IMG/VR virus record: IMGVR_UViG_3300031760_000009
Span: 1-64,000 of that record
Length of the DNA: 64,000 nt
Direction: 5' to 3' (one strand)
Source: a virus
Taxonomy: Duplodnaviria; Caudoviricetes
Below are positions 8,587 to 17,046 of the stretch, piece by piece. How positions within the stretch are numbered: the stretch's first letter is position 1; each line of letters begins with the position of its first letter. Made by a program: the position numbers and the translations under genes. The notes beneath the pieces are model-generated. The model was given only the letters and a program-made list of their open reading frames with translations, was not told where the DNA came from and did no database searches.

Positions 8587-8960
8587 TTGTACATAATACG
8601 AGCCTGAATAATGGAAATCAACTGATAATCAATAGAATTACTTTTTGCGGTGGCAAAAAGTAATCAAAAAACACGTCTTCATAAAGCTTCGTTTACAGCC
8701 TTGTGAAATTTCATTTCACTTCGGCTTGTCCAGTAAACTCGCTTTATTCGACTTAAAAATCAGAAAACGGCGTAGCCTCATTGAACTTTCAGTTCAATTT
8801 CGGCTTGTCTGTACGCCTTTGTTTTCTGATTTTTAATTGCACATATATCTTTTATTTTGATTTTTGGAATATGAAAATCTTTATTCCAATTTATAAACTA
8901 ATTTGAAATAAGAGTATTAAATAAACTTAAAGATTTAAGCATATGCTTAAATCTTTAAGT
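8587..8960. other. hairpin/palindrome-rich non-coding element, putative replication origin (copy 1)
   Basis: 12-bp stem 8637-8664; nested stem ~8681-8747; 16-bp stem 8753-8768/8821-8836; perfect 36-bp palindrome 8925-8960; 22-mer shared with 58005-58026. Confidence 0.5.
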
Positions 8961-9056
8961 ACAATTAATAACCTTTTATTGAAAATTTATTCTAAAAGAG
9001 ACAGAGTTATTCTATATAGGCTTAAAATTCGGAAAATTCAGTTATAAAGATACAAA

Positions 9057-10127
9057 TCAGTAGAGTCTTATAGCTAATGTATTGCTTGTTACTGCATAGT
9101 TGTACTGATGGTTATATCTTCTCATATTTCTTTCTATAAGATGATTGCCCATAGTTACGCCGATACCGTCAGGAACATACTGTTTCCTGTTATTGACGAT
9201 ATTCTTGCAATTCTTTAGCTGACCCAGATTTGTAACCATAGCTAACATTTTCACGAAGGAAGAAGCCCTAGAAGCACGGTTGCCGTCTTTGTAACCAGTG
9301 ACTTGTCGTTTTGCATGGTAGACACGGGAAGTCTCCAATGCAGCATCGTCACTTAGCAACTTGTTCCATCTTCCGTTGTAGACACAGTAAGTCTTGGTTT
9401 CAAGCCTGTCGATTATTGAGGACATAGATTGTATGTCCTGTTTTCCATCGAAGTCCATAAACTGTACTCCAGTGCAGGATAATAATCGAAATCCTGTTTG
9501 TATGCTCCATCCCAGAAATCTGGAGAGCGTAAATACGTTCATGTCGAGTTCAAGGTCTTTTGCCTCCTGTATTCCGATTTTCCTGTAAACAGGTATTCGT
9601 TTGAAATATAATTTGATGTCATGTTTGGTAATTCCTAATATATTGTATAGAAGACCGCCGTCAAATTCTGCGTTCTTACAGTAGTTTAGAATCTGCACAA
9701 GAAAAGATATTATTGCGAACTTTCTCAGATTCTTTAAAGAACCATATTTTTCTATCTGTTCGTTTGAAAAGTCTACAGATAGATTTGTACCATAACAGGT
9801 TTTCATTATCATTGCATCTGGCACTTCTGAGATTCTGACCCAGTTATTGTCTATATCTGTCTTGTGTATTATCTTTCTGAATGTGAACTTTGTCCTGTCC
9901 TGTGAAAATGCGGAGAAAAGCTTTTCAAAATCAGCTCTTACTTCATGTTCGGACTTTTTCTGATATGATGTATATCGTTTCCATTTGTTGAAAAGGACAG
10001 ATTTTCTGATGATACAACCGCTGTATAAATGTAGTAATGTGAGGAAATCAGCTATCGCACCGCAGTTTTTCCCTGCTTTCTGTATCATTATTATGTGATT
10101 CAGTTGTACAGTTGAATTATTTGACAT
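9057..10127 (-). CDS. orphan 356-aa protein, possibly a replication initiator
   Basis: Long ORF with its own promoter; lies between the origin-like element and the HTH/ParB/primase operon; function inferred from context only. Confidence 0.6.
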   Translation of the reverse strand: MSNNSTVQLNHIIMIQKAGKNCGAIADFLTLLHLYSGCIIRKSVLFNKWKRYTSYQKKSEHEVRADFEKLFSAFSQDRTKFTFRKIIHKTDIDNNWVRISEVPDAMIMKTCYGTNLSVDFSNEQIEKYGSLKNLRKFAIISFLVQILNYCKNAEFDGGLLYNILGITKHDIKLYFKRIPVYRKIGIQEAKDLELDMNVFTLSRFLGWSIQTGFRLLSCTGVQFMDFDGKQDIQSMSSIIDRLETKTYCVYNGRWNKLLSDDAALETSRVYHAKRQVTGYKDGNRASRASSFVKMLAMVTNLGQLKNCKNIVNNRKQYVPDGIGVTMGNHLIERNMRRYNHQYNYAVTSNTLAIRLY

Positions 10128-10245
10128 GTGAACGTACTCTTTCTAAAAAAAAATAATACCACGGCGACTTAAAAATGTCAATAACCGTAGTATTAATTTA
10201 TTCACATGTCACATTTAGTATAGCAGACGTACTTATATATGTCAA
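10122..10245 (-). promoter_or_regulatory. promoter plus structured 5' leader (start-codon-sequestering inverted repeat and terminator-like hairpin)
   Basis: TTGACA(10245-10240)-N17-TATACT; 11-bp IR 10201-10211/10122-10132 covering the ATG; hairpin 10155-10194 followed by a T9 run. Confidence 0.6.
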
Positions 10246-10307
10246 TAAAAATTGTTGCATTTTGTAGCGTTTTGTGATATGGTTAAAATAGAAATGGAAG
10301 TATAAAC

Positions 10308-10586
10308 ATGAATGGAAAAAAAGTACAACTTGCAATAGAGTTATATAACAAACCATCGAATTATATATCACCGTCACAGGCGGCTGAATATCTTGGTGTT
10401 CATATTAATACGATATATAACTATATAAAAACAGATATACTTACGGCATATAGATTCAAAGATGGTGGCAATACGATTTTTATTGATAAAAATGAAATAA
10501 TACGAAAACTTGTTCCTATACCATCAGAAGAAATCAGAAAAACTTTAACTGGTGTGTACCCAGTAAAGAAAGTTTTATATGGCTGA
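10308..10586 (+). CDS. excisionase/MerR-like HTH protein (HTH_17 type)
   Basis: YISPSQAAEYLGVHINTIYNYIK..L.AYR. Confidence 0.8.
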   Translation: MNGKKVQLAIELYNKPSNYISPSQAAEYLGVHINTIYNYIKTDILTAYRFKDGGNTIFIDKNEIIRKLVPIPSEEIRKTLTGVYPVKKVLYG

Positions 10587-10869
10587 TAATCCAGAACAAT
10601 TTAAGAACTGGTTGGATTCTGTAGTCATAAACAATTATGGATATGTTGAAGTTACAGATTCAATAGATGGTTCAAATATACCTAAATCTTTTTATGATAT
10701 GTGTGTTCATTATGGTATTCCTGTGAATCATATGATTACTATTATCATATCTGATTTTATGATGCGTATGGAAAAAGGAAACATACATTATCAGAATGAT
10801 ATTCTGAACAGGATTATGAACAGTAATTTGGACAATAAGGATAAAATACTGGAGGTTATTTATGGGTAA
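10579..10869 (+). CDS. hypothetical protein
   Basis: 96-aa ORF overlapping both neighbours by 8 nt. Confidence 0.6.
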   Translation: MADNPEQFKNWLDSVVINNYGYVEVTDSIDGSNIPKSFYDMCVHYGIPVNHMITIIISDFMMRMEKGNIHYQNDILNRIMNSNLDNKDKILEVIYG

Positions 10870-11875
10870 GGTTACTTTGAGACTTATTCCTAATTTTGAT
10901 ATAAGTCCAGAAAATCTTGATATAGACACATATCAGGTAAGACGTACAAAACGTACACAGAAAGATTTGGACAGGTTGAAAGAACTTATTGTAGCACAGG
11001 GACAGGTTGAACCAATTCAGGTTCTTAAACGTGATAATAAATATTTTCTTATGGCTGGTGCTGGTCGTGTTACAGTACTAAGGTCGCTCGGAAAGACTGC
11101 TAGTGCGTTAGTATATGAAGGTCTTGAAAAAGAAGATATATACAAGATAGCAATTGGTACAAATGATGGTCGTACTGAAATGTCGGCTTGGGATAGAATC
11201 GTATCGGTTGGTGAATATGTTTCTCAAAATAACATGGATGGTTATAGTATTGATTCTTTTAAGAATGTTGTGAAAATATTCGGTCGTAATACATCAAGTC
11301 TTATCCGTGATTATGAATTATGGGAGTTTTATAGCAAGATTCCAGAGTTTGTAAGCTATTTTGAAAAGGTTAATGTTCCTTATTATGTTATGACTATTGT
11401 TGATGAAGTATTGAATCCATATAAGGAAAATATAACAGATTATGGAAAGATAGTTGATATTGTCAAATCAAATGCTACAAAACCTGGTATGACGATGAAA
11501 CTGTTTATGAATCTGTTTGTTAAGGATTTCACAAGGATTGCCGTAGACCTGAAAAACAAGGTGATGGAAGTTAATCGTGGAGATGGACTTACTGCTGAAG
11601 AAATATATGATATTGAAAACAATATACACAATGCGATTGTAGACAGGATTGAAAAGAAAGTAGTTACAAAGAAAAAGCCTGAAATAATAAAGGATGATAT
11701 TACATTAAAATGCGAACGTATAATGACGATTTTGATGAATCATTGTATGGGTGCTATAGAAAATATGAACAAACTTTTGAAACTTCCATATCGTGAACGT
11801 ATTCCGTCATCTATGATGCTGAAGCTTTCAAGACTGATAACAAAACTCAATCAGACAGGAGTAAAACTGCTTTGA
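10862..11875 (+). CDS. ParB/Srx N-terminal-domain protein
   Basis: YQVRR...L..LI..QGQVEPIQV...YFLMAGAGR..N..R pattern. Confidence 0.75.
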   Translation: MGKVTLRLIPNFDISPENLDIDTYQVRRTKRTQKDLDRLKELIVAQGQVEPIQVLKRDNKYFLMAGAGRVTVLRSLGKTASALVYEGLEKEDIYKIAIGTNDGRTEMSAWDRIVSVGEYVSQNNMDGYSIDSFKNVVKIFGRNTSSLIRDYELWEFYSKIPEFVSYFEKVNVPYYVMTIVDEVLNPYKENITDYGKIVDIVKSNATKPGMTMKLFMNLFVKDFTRIAVDLKNKVMEVNRGDGLTAEEIYDIENNIHNAIVDRIEKKVVTKKKPEIIKDDITLKCERIMTILMNHCMGAIENMNKLLKLPYRERIPSSMMLKLSRLITKLNQTGVKLL

Positions 11876-12840
11876 ATGTTGAAAGCATATTAACCAAACT
11901 GAACATACCGTATAAAACAATCAAAGGCGGTCGTGAACTACAGTTCAGATGTATATGTCCTAATCATAATGACAGACATGCATCGGCGTGTATCAGTACC
12001 GAAAGTGGATTGTGGCATTGTTTCAGTTGTGGTGAGTCTGGAAATCTGCGTTCATTTGTAAAAATCGCTGGTGGTGATGGTATAGATGTCCGTAACTTTG
12101 TTACACAAACAGATGATTTGAAAATGCGTATGAGCAAGATATATAGAGAATCTGCAAAGAACATTCTTAAATATGAAAATGATTTAAAATTTGAAGAACA
12201 GTTTAGAGTAGAATGTGTCGATAATTTTGTAGATGCATTTACTAATAAACTTTCATATAATTATTTATGTAAAAAACGCAAGCTTACTCTTGAAACCATA
12301 CAGAAATTCAATCTTATGTATTCTGTAAGTGGGCAGTATTCAAATCGTGTAATTATACCATATTGTGAAAATGGTGATATAATCGGGTTTAACAGCAGAT
12401 ATATCGGCAAATGTGAGTCTTCTTACAGATACAGATATAATATTAATACGACACGGTTTGAATCGTATCTGTATAATTTTGAAAATGTAGAAAGTTATGA
12501 TTATTGTATTCTTGTAGAAGGACCGTTTGATTTAATGTATATGGTACAATGCGGTTTCAAGAATGTAATATCTACATTAAATACAAGAGTATCGTTGGGT
12601 CATATTAAAAAACTAATAAAATTTAAAAAAATCATATTCTGTTTTGATAACGATATTGAAACTCATGCAGGTCAAAATGCTGTTATGAAGCACGCTTCCG
12701 AAATCCTGTCATTGTGTCCTAGTGCTAATCTTTATATGGTTAAACTGCCCGAAGGAAAAGACCCAAACGAATGTACGTCTGAAGAACTTCATGAATCTTT
12801 CAGACACATACACAGGATTAAAATTGACAATGATGTTTAA
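11872..12840 (+). CDS. DnaG-like DNA primase (CHC2 Zn finger + TOPRIM)
   Basis: C..PNH.D..S...WHCFSC; LVEGPFD; FCFDND; KDPNE. Confidence 0.9.
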   Translation: MNVESILTKLNIPYKTIKGGRELQFRCICPNHNDRHASACISTESGLWHCFSCGESGNLRSFVKIAGGDGIDVRNFVTQTDDLKMRMSKIYRESAKNILKYENDLKFEEQFRVECVDNFVDAFTNKLSYNYLCKKRKLTLETIQKFNLMYSVSGQYSNRVIIPYCENGDIIGFNSRYIGKCESSYRYRYNINTTRFESYLYNFENVESYDYCILVEGPFDLMYMVQCGFKNVISTLNTRVSLGHIKKLIKFKKIIFCFDNDIETHAGQNAVMKHASEILSLCPSANLYMVKLPEGKDPNECTSEELHESFRHIHRIKIDNDV

Positions 12841-13348
12841 GACGCATGATAAAAGCCTGTAGATTTGCACCAGGACAGGAAGTAAATTCCTTGTCACGAT
12901 GGCAGAATATGTTTTCTGGTGCTTTTATTGTTTTATAATCATGTACAAGCTTTCTTACAAGCCATACTATTGATACTTTCATTTCATCTGGAACCTGTTC
13001 GGAATTGAAATTACCGAAACACATAATTGCAATAGAACCTTTATCATACATATTACAGTGTTTGCCCATCGCATCTGGTGGTCTTCCTTCGTAAATATCA
13101 CCATTTGGTACGATTATATAATGGAACGGAATATCTATGAGACCTTCTTTATGCAAAGCCTTGTCCTGTATATAACGGATAGAATTGTCATCGTTGAAAA
13201 TCTGTGTAGCTTTAAAATTGGAATTTGATGAAGAAAATCCGTAATGATGGAATATTATATATTTTGGTATCTGTGGGAAGTATATATTTGTAGGTTCTGA
13301 CGCACCCCACATTTCCCTTGTTATAATATTAGGCTGTTTAAAATTCAT
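12818..13348 (-). CDS. N-acetylmuramoyl-L-alanine amidase (Amidase_2/PGRP-like endolysin)
   Basis: IITREMWGA, IIFHH, DIPFHYII, EGR, GNF, CHRD..TSCPG. Confidence 0.88.
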   Translation of the reverse strand: MNFKQPNIITREMWGASEPTNIYFPQIPKYIIFHHYGFSSSNSNFKATQIFNDDNSIRYIQDKALHKEGLIDIPFHYIIVPNGDIYEGRPPDAMGKHCNMYDKGSIAIMCFGNFNSEQVPDEMKVSIVWLVRKLVHDYKTIKAPENIFCHRDKEFTSCPGANLQAFIMRLKHHCQF

Positions 13349-13803
13349 TTCGTTGCGATAAAAATAGATAATCCCAGAACAAGAATATTTTTAATTCTGT
13401 TCGCCGCTTTCGATTTTCTCAACGAGCGAGATACATTCTTCAATGATTTGTCCTGCTGTTCCAGTAAGTCCGATTGACCTTTCAGTTGAATCCTGTACTG
13501 CTGACAGTCCTTTTTCGATTCTTCCAGCAGTTCCGATACCCGTATCAAGTTCTCTTCTGACAGTTCCAATGTCCGTTCTGACATTATCAACTGTTGTCTT
13601 AGCTCCTGCAATTCGTTTCTCTGTTTCTCTAATTCTTCTCTGGAGTTCCTTAGTTCGTCTTGCAAGTTCCCTGTTATTCTCCTCAATAGTATCAAGCGTT
13701 CTTTCAACTTCTGAATATTGCTGTTCTGTTGTGACAAATCCTGCGATAAAGCCGAGTGCGACAAACAGAACAATAATAGGAATAATACTATGATTCTTTT
13801 CAT
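13345..13803 (-). CDS. spanin-like coiled-coil protein (signal peptide + C-terminal hydrophobic tail)
   Basis: MKRIIVLFLLLFC..., long heptad coiled coil, ILVLGLSIFIA at the C-terminus; ATGA-coupled to the amidase. Confidence 0.55.
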   Translation of the reverse strand: MKRIIVLFLLLFCLSHSALSQDLSQQNSNIQKLKERLILLRRITGNLQDELRNSREELEKQRNELQELRQQLIMSERTLELSEENLIRVSELLEESKKDCQQYRIQLKGQSDLLEQQDKSLKNVSRSLRKSKAANRIKNILVLGLSIFIATK

Positions 13804-13807
13804 TCAT
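13391..13807 (-). CDS. i-spanin (Rz)-like protein
   Basis: N-terminal TM helix followed by coiled coil; almost fully overlaps 13345-13803 in another frame, inside the lysis cassette. Confidence 0.55.
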   Translation of the reverse strand: MNEKNHSIIPIIVLFVALGFIAGFVTTEQQYSEVERTLDTIEENNRELARRTKELQRRIRETEKRIAGAKTTVDNVRTDIGTVRRELDTGIGTAGRIEKGLSAVQDSTERSIGLTGTAGQIIEECISLVEKIESGEQN

Positions 13808-13854
13808 GGTCCACCAGTAATGACATTATGAAATACGAATAAGCTGTTATAAAG

Positions 13855-14112
13855 TTATAGAGATGCTGATTGTCCATCGTTATTACTTCCTTTACAGTTA
13901 TAGTGCTTGTCAAGAACACGGATTCCAGCGGAAGAACCAGCGGCTAGAATAGAGAACGTAGTATAATCGAATTTTTCTGGAGATACTTTCAGAATAATTA
14001 TAGATACTATAAGGAATGTCATATAACCTGCGAAAGCCATAACCTTACTTAAAGACAGATAACCGTCTTTGCCATAAAAACTACCAATTATTCCATTAAA
14101 AAACTGTTTCAT
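13855..14112 (-). CDS. putative holin (2 TM), start MKQFF
   Basis: AAGGA RBS; LSLSKVMAFAGYMTFLIVSIIIL and a second hydrophobic stretch; lysis context. Confidence 0.55.
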   Translation of the reverse strand: MKQFFNGIIGSFYGKDGYLSLSKVMAFAGYMTFLIVSIIILKVSPEKFDYTTFSILAAGSSAGIRVLDKHYNCKGSNNDGQSASL

Positions 14113-14123
14113 ATAAACATTCC

Positions 14124-14546
14124 TTAAATAATGTATAATTCTACACTTCCTGTTTTTGGGAAGATTTTCATAAGCTTCATGAAAGCATTTCTGCTTTCTG
14201 TTATGTCTGTTATTCCGTCTCCGTTGATGTCCGAAAAGTCTGTACCAACGAGAATACATCCTGATGTATCAGTGAATCTGTTACCAATGTGCATTAGAAT
14301 CGCATCCCGATTCGGAACACCATTTACTAGAATATGTTCGTAGTTGAATTTCTGTGTCGGATTTCTTCTTGTACATAAATATCGACCTGTGGGGATGCAG
14401 CTTATATTACGCTGGTTTGAAAGGTTTGGTTTTTCCAAAGTGCTGAATACGCCTAGCGTTGTTTTGTTATCCATGATGTACAACCAGCCTAGCGTTTCTT
14501 TTTCTCCGTATTCAAAACGTCTTAGAATCATTACAATATCATTCAT
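14124..14546 (-). CDS. DUF5675-like (L,D-transpeptidase-fold) cell-wall enzyme
   Basis: TLE.P...SCIP.G.Y...VPNR..ILMH.GN...DTSGCILVG...SR.AF. Confidence 0.8.
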   Translation of the reverse strand: MNDIVMILRRFEYGEKETLGWLYIMDNKTTLGVFSTLEKPNLSNQRNISCIPTGRYLCTRRNPTQKFNYEHILVNGVPNRDAILMHIGNRFTDTSGCILVGTDFSDINGDGITDITESRNAFMKLMKIFPKTGSVELYII

Positions 14547-14863
14547 ATGTTATCTCCGTTCATTCTATCTGCTCGACTGTTTGTGAATTTCATATTGATG
14601 TTGTAATCATTACCACAATCACCACATCTATACCAGTGCTGTTCGTTCAATTTTATCTCGAACAGATAACCACCACAAGGACAATAATGGTAAATCTTAC
14701 CGTCAAACATTTTGCTCGTACATAGGCTTGATGACGGTAATTCCTGTTCGTCCAAAAAGACCAAGTTGTTGTGGTTTTGTCGGATTTCCGAGTATATTCC
14801 ACCAGTAATGTCGTTCTGATATTCTTTCAGATTTCCTTTTTGAACTTTCTTTTTCTTTGCCAT
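14543..14863 (-). CDS. Zn-ribbon hypothetical protein
   Basis: CPCGG...CGDCG. Confidence 0.6.
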   Translation of the reverse strand: MAKKKKVQKGNLKEYQNDITGGIYSEIRQNHNNLVFLDEQELPSSSLCTSKMFDGKIYHYCPCGGYLFEIKLNEQHWYRCGDCGNDYNINMKFTNSRADRMNGDNI

Positions 14864-14866
14864 TCA

Positions 14867-15127
14867 TTATCGCACATAAGCTGTTATAAGGCAACCTACA
14901 ACAGAACCAAGAGTGCTTACAATCGTTCCAACGAACGCAAATACTGCTAATATAATCTTTTCTCTTGATTCAAGCCTAATCATATCTGTTTTCAAATTGC
15001 TGACACTTTCTGTAAGTTCTTTCATAGTTTTGTTCGACTCCTTTATAGATTCCTGTAGGTGTTCTATTTCAACTACTAGCTTACCGTGGTCAGGGCAATT
15101 TGTACATTCAACAGGCATAACAATCAC
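14867..15127 (-). CDS. coiled-coil + C-terminal TM protein (XhlA/holin-like)
   Basis: coiled coil followed by IILAVFAFVGTIV... Confidence 0.55.
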   Translation of the reverse strand: MIVMPVECTNCPDHGKLVVEIEHLQESIKESNKTMKELTESVSNLKTDMIRLESREKIILAVFAFVGTIVSTLGSVVGCLITAYVR

Positions 15128-15150
15128 CTACTTTCTAAAATAAAACAGAA

Positions 15151-15489
15151 CTATTGCTGTTGTTCAGTTTCGACAATAGTTCCGTTTGCGTATCTTGAAT
15201 CGTGAGCTATAAGATATGTATATACAGCTTTTTCAATCTGTTTATACGGGTTTGTGATTGTTGTATCAAGTTCAAGTTCGTTCTTTGGAATTGAAAAACC
15301 ATAATCATCAATTTGTCGTCCATCATCTTGATAGCCGTTAAAATTATATGCAGTCAAGTCTGCATAGCTTCTTATAGTGCCGTTTACCAAATCCTGTAAT
15401 ATATTATATTCAAAAATCTTATGAATACCGTTTGGAAATTCGGCATATTTCTGATTCATATTTCTTGAAATCGATTTCTGTATGTGCAT
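15151..15489 (-). CDS. hypothetical tail-associated protein
   Basis: GGAG RBS; position after the fibre module. Confidence 0.55.
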   Translation of the reverse strand: MHIQKSISRNMNQKYAEFPNGIHKIFEYNILQDLVNGTIRSYADLTAYNFNGYQDDGRQIDDYGFSIPKNELELDTTITNPYKQIEKAVYTYLIAHDSRYANGTIVETEQQQ

Positions 15490-15568
15490 AATATTTTCTC
15501 CGTTTATCAGATATATTCTATATTAACAATAGCACAGCGATGACAAAAAGTCAAAGCTGTGCTGTAGA

Positions 15569-16108
15569 TTAAGGTTCGCTTGGTTCAGTGTTTGTATTCT
15601 CATCTCCACCAGTGTTATCACCTGTGTTGTCATCATTACCGTTTGTATTATCGCCACCAGTATTGTCATCTCCACCTGTGTTATCTCCAGTGTTATCTCC
15701 AGTATTATCATCTGGGTCTGGTGTAGGTTCTGGAGTTGGTTCAGGTTCAGTATTTGTGGGTAATACTTCTGACAGGTCGAATAATATTGGACTTTCGTAT
15801 GGTATTACTATAGGTTTAGAAGGTTCAGCGAATGTTACTGTAGAGCCTGTTACGATATTCAGCTTCTTGTATTTGCTGTCACTTATGATAAGATTTATGT
15901 CATATGTACCAGTGCCGTTTATCAGACTTTCAGACGACCTTAGATTCACCTGTAATGGAAATTCAGGATTTACGTATGTCTTGATTACAGTACCCATCAG
16001 AATTTCAAGCTTTTTTATATTGAACGTAGGGTTACTGTAGTCAATCTTGAAAAGACCGCCGTTGAACGAATCAGTATCATCGCCACGATGTAGAGTTACG
16101 TTAGCCAT
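15569..16108 (-). CDS. virion-associated protein, paralog of 27003-27311, with low-complexity acidic tail
   Basis: RGDDTDSF N-terminus shared with 27003-27311; PEPT and GDNTG repeats; AGGAG RBS. Confidence 0.7.
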   Translation of the reverse strand: MANVTLHRGDDTDSFNGGLFKIDYSNPTFNIKKLEILMGTVIKTYVNPEFPLQVNLRSSESLINGTGTYDINLIISDSKYKKLNIVTGSTVTFAEPSKPIVIPYESPILFDLSEVLPTNTEPEPTPEPTPDPDDNTGDNTGDNTGGDDNTGGDNTNGNDDNTGDNTGGDENTNTEPSEP

Positions 16109-16134
16109 TTTATTTTCTCCTTTGGATTAATGAA

Positions 16135-16172
16135 AAACACTGTACACAAGGTTTAGTCATGTACAGTGTTTT
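16135..16172. terminator. hairpin, probable intrinsic terminator
   Basis: aaaacactgtaca...tgtacagtgtttt. Confidence 0.55.
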
Positions 16173-16199
16173 GTATATGAATCGTCTGATGACGAAGAA

Positions 16200-16427
16200 T
16201 TACTTGACCATCAAAGGATTCAACTTATTAGGTTCACGAACCATAACGATTGCTGTTTCAGAATCTTTAACGACCTTGATACAGTCTTTCATGTCGTCAA
16301 ATGCCTGTGAAAGCATACACTGGCTCATTGTTTCCCAATGCTTTTCGATTTCTGACTTGATGTAACAGGCTTTGTTCAACGCAAATTCCTGTATGTCTTC
16401 AAGTTTTGCAATATGTTCTTCTGTCAT
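16200..16427 (-). CDS. hypothetical protein (moron-like, own promoter)
   Basis: 75-aa ORF between a promoter at ~16530-16565 and a hairpin. Confidence 0.5.
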   Translation of the reverse strand: MTEEHIAKLEDIQEFALNKACYIKSEIEKHWETMSQCMLSQAFDDMKDCIKVVKDSETAIVMVREPNKLNPLMVK

Positions 16428-16529
16428 GACTTAATTCACCATTATGCACCAGCGGTAGCTGTAGTTTAACAAGGATGTTATTATCCATAACAGTTAACTC
16501 CGTCACTAGATTGCTTCATATACAAATAT

Positions 16530-16567
16530 AGTATAAACAATCAGATGTCAAATGTCAAATGTCAAAT
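16530..16567 (-). promoter_or_regulatory. promoter with three tandem -35 boxes
   Basis: TTGACA three times at 7-bp period; middle TTGACA-N17-TATACT. Confidence 0.6.
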
Positions 16568-16581
16568 AATTTTGTACAAAA

Positions 16582-16609
16582 ATAATACGGATTTTTAAAT
16601 CCGTATTAT
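16582..16609. terminator. palindromic hairpin
   Basis: ataatacggatttt/taaatccgtattat. Confidence 0.55.
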
Positions 16610-16671
16610 CTTATGGAAAAATAAAGAAAGGAATGATTGAAAATTATATTAGAAATAAATAATTAAAAAAA

Positions 16672-16989
16672 TTATTTACCGGAATTTTCCTCAATCTGTT
16701 TGGGTTTTTCTGGTTCATGTTGTTCTTGCTGTTGAGGAATGAGAAGTCTTGCAAGGTTCTGTAACAAGTCCATCGCCGTATCACGCTGTAACTGTATTGT
16801 GATAATAGGGTCAACGTATATTTCTGTAGGCTGACCGTTTACTGCCGCCTTGAAAGTCTTTTTATAATCAATAGAGTTCAAATCAAGAACGATTTCGGAT
16901 GCTATAGGGTATAACTGGAAGTTGTTTATATAAACTGGTTTTTCGCCGTCTTTGTTATAAATTATAGGCATCGGTTTGGGTTCGTTCAT
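16672..16989 (-). CDS. DUF3467-like hypothetical protein
   Basis: PVYINNF.....SEIVLDL....I.L....A..L...L pattern; GGAG RBS. Confidence 0.5.
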   Translation of the reverse strand: MNEPKPMPIIYNKDGEKPVYINNFQLYPIASEIVLDLNSIDYKKTFKAAVNGQPTEIYVDPIITIQLQRDTAMDLLQNLARLLIPQQQEQHEPEKPKQIEENSGK

Positions 16990-17046
16990 ATGATTGCTCC
17001 GATTGAAATTGATTTCAATTTATATAACACGAAATAATATATCAAG

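Noticed and set aside
8587-8608. dif/Xer site
   Set aside because: Only a partial XerD-arm resemblance (ttatgtacaa); no matching XerC arm or dyad symmetry
8645-8836. 63-aa + strand ORF
   Set aside because: TTG start without RBS; it coincides with the hairpin element and is better explained as non-coding
14113-14259. N-terminal extension of the 134-aa ORF 13855-14259
   Set aside because: Overlaps the DUF5675 gene; the RBS supports a start at 14112
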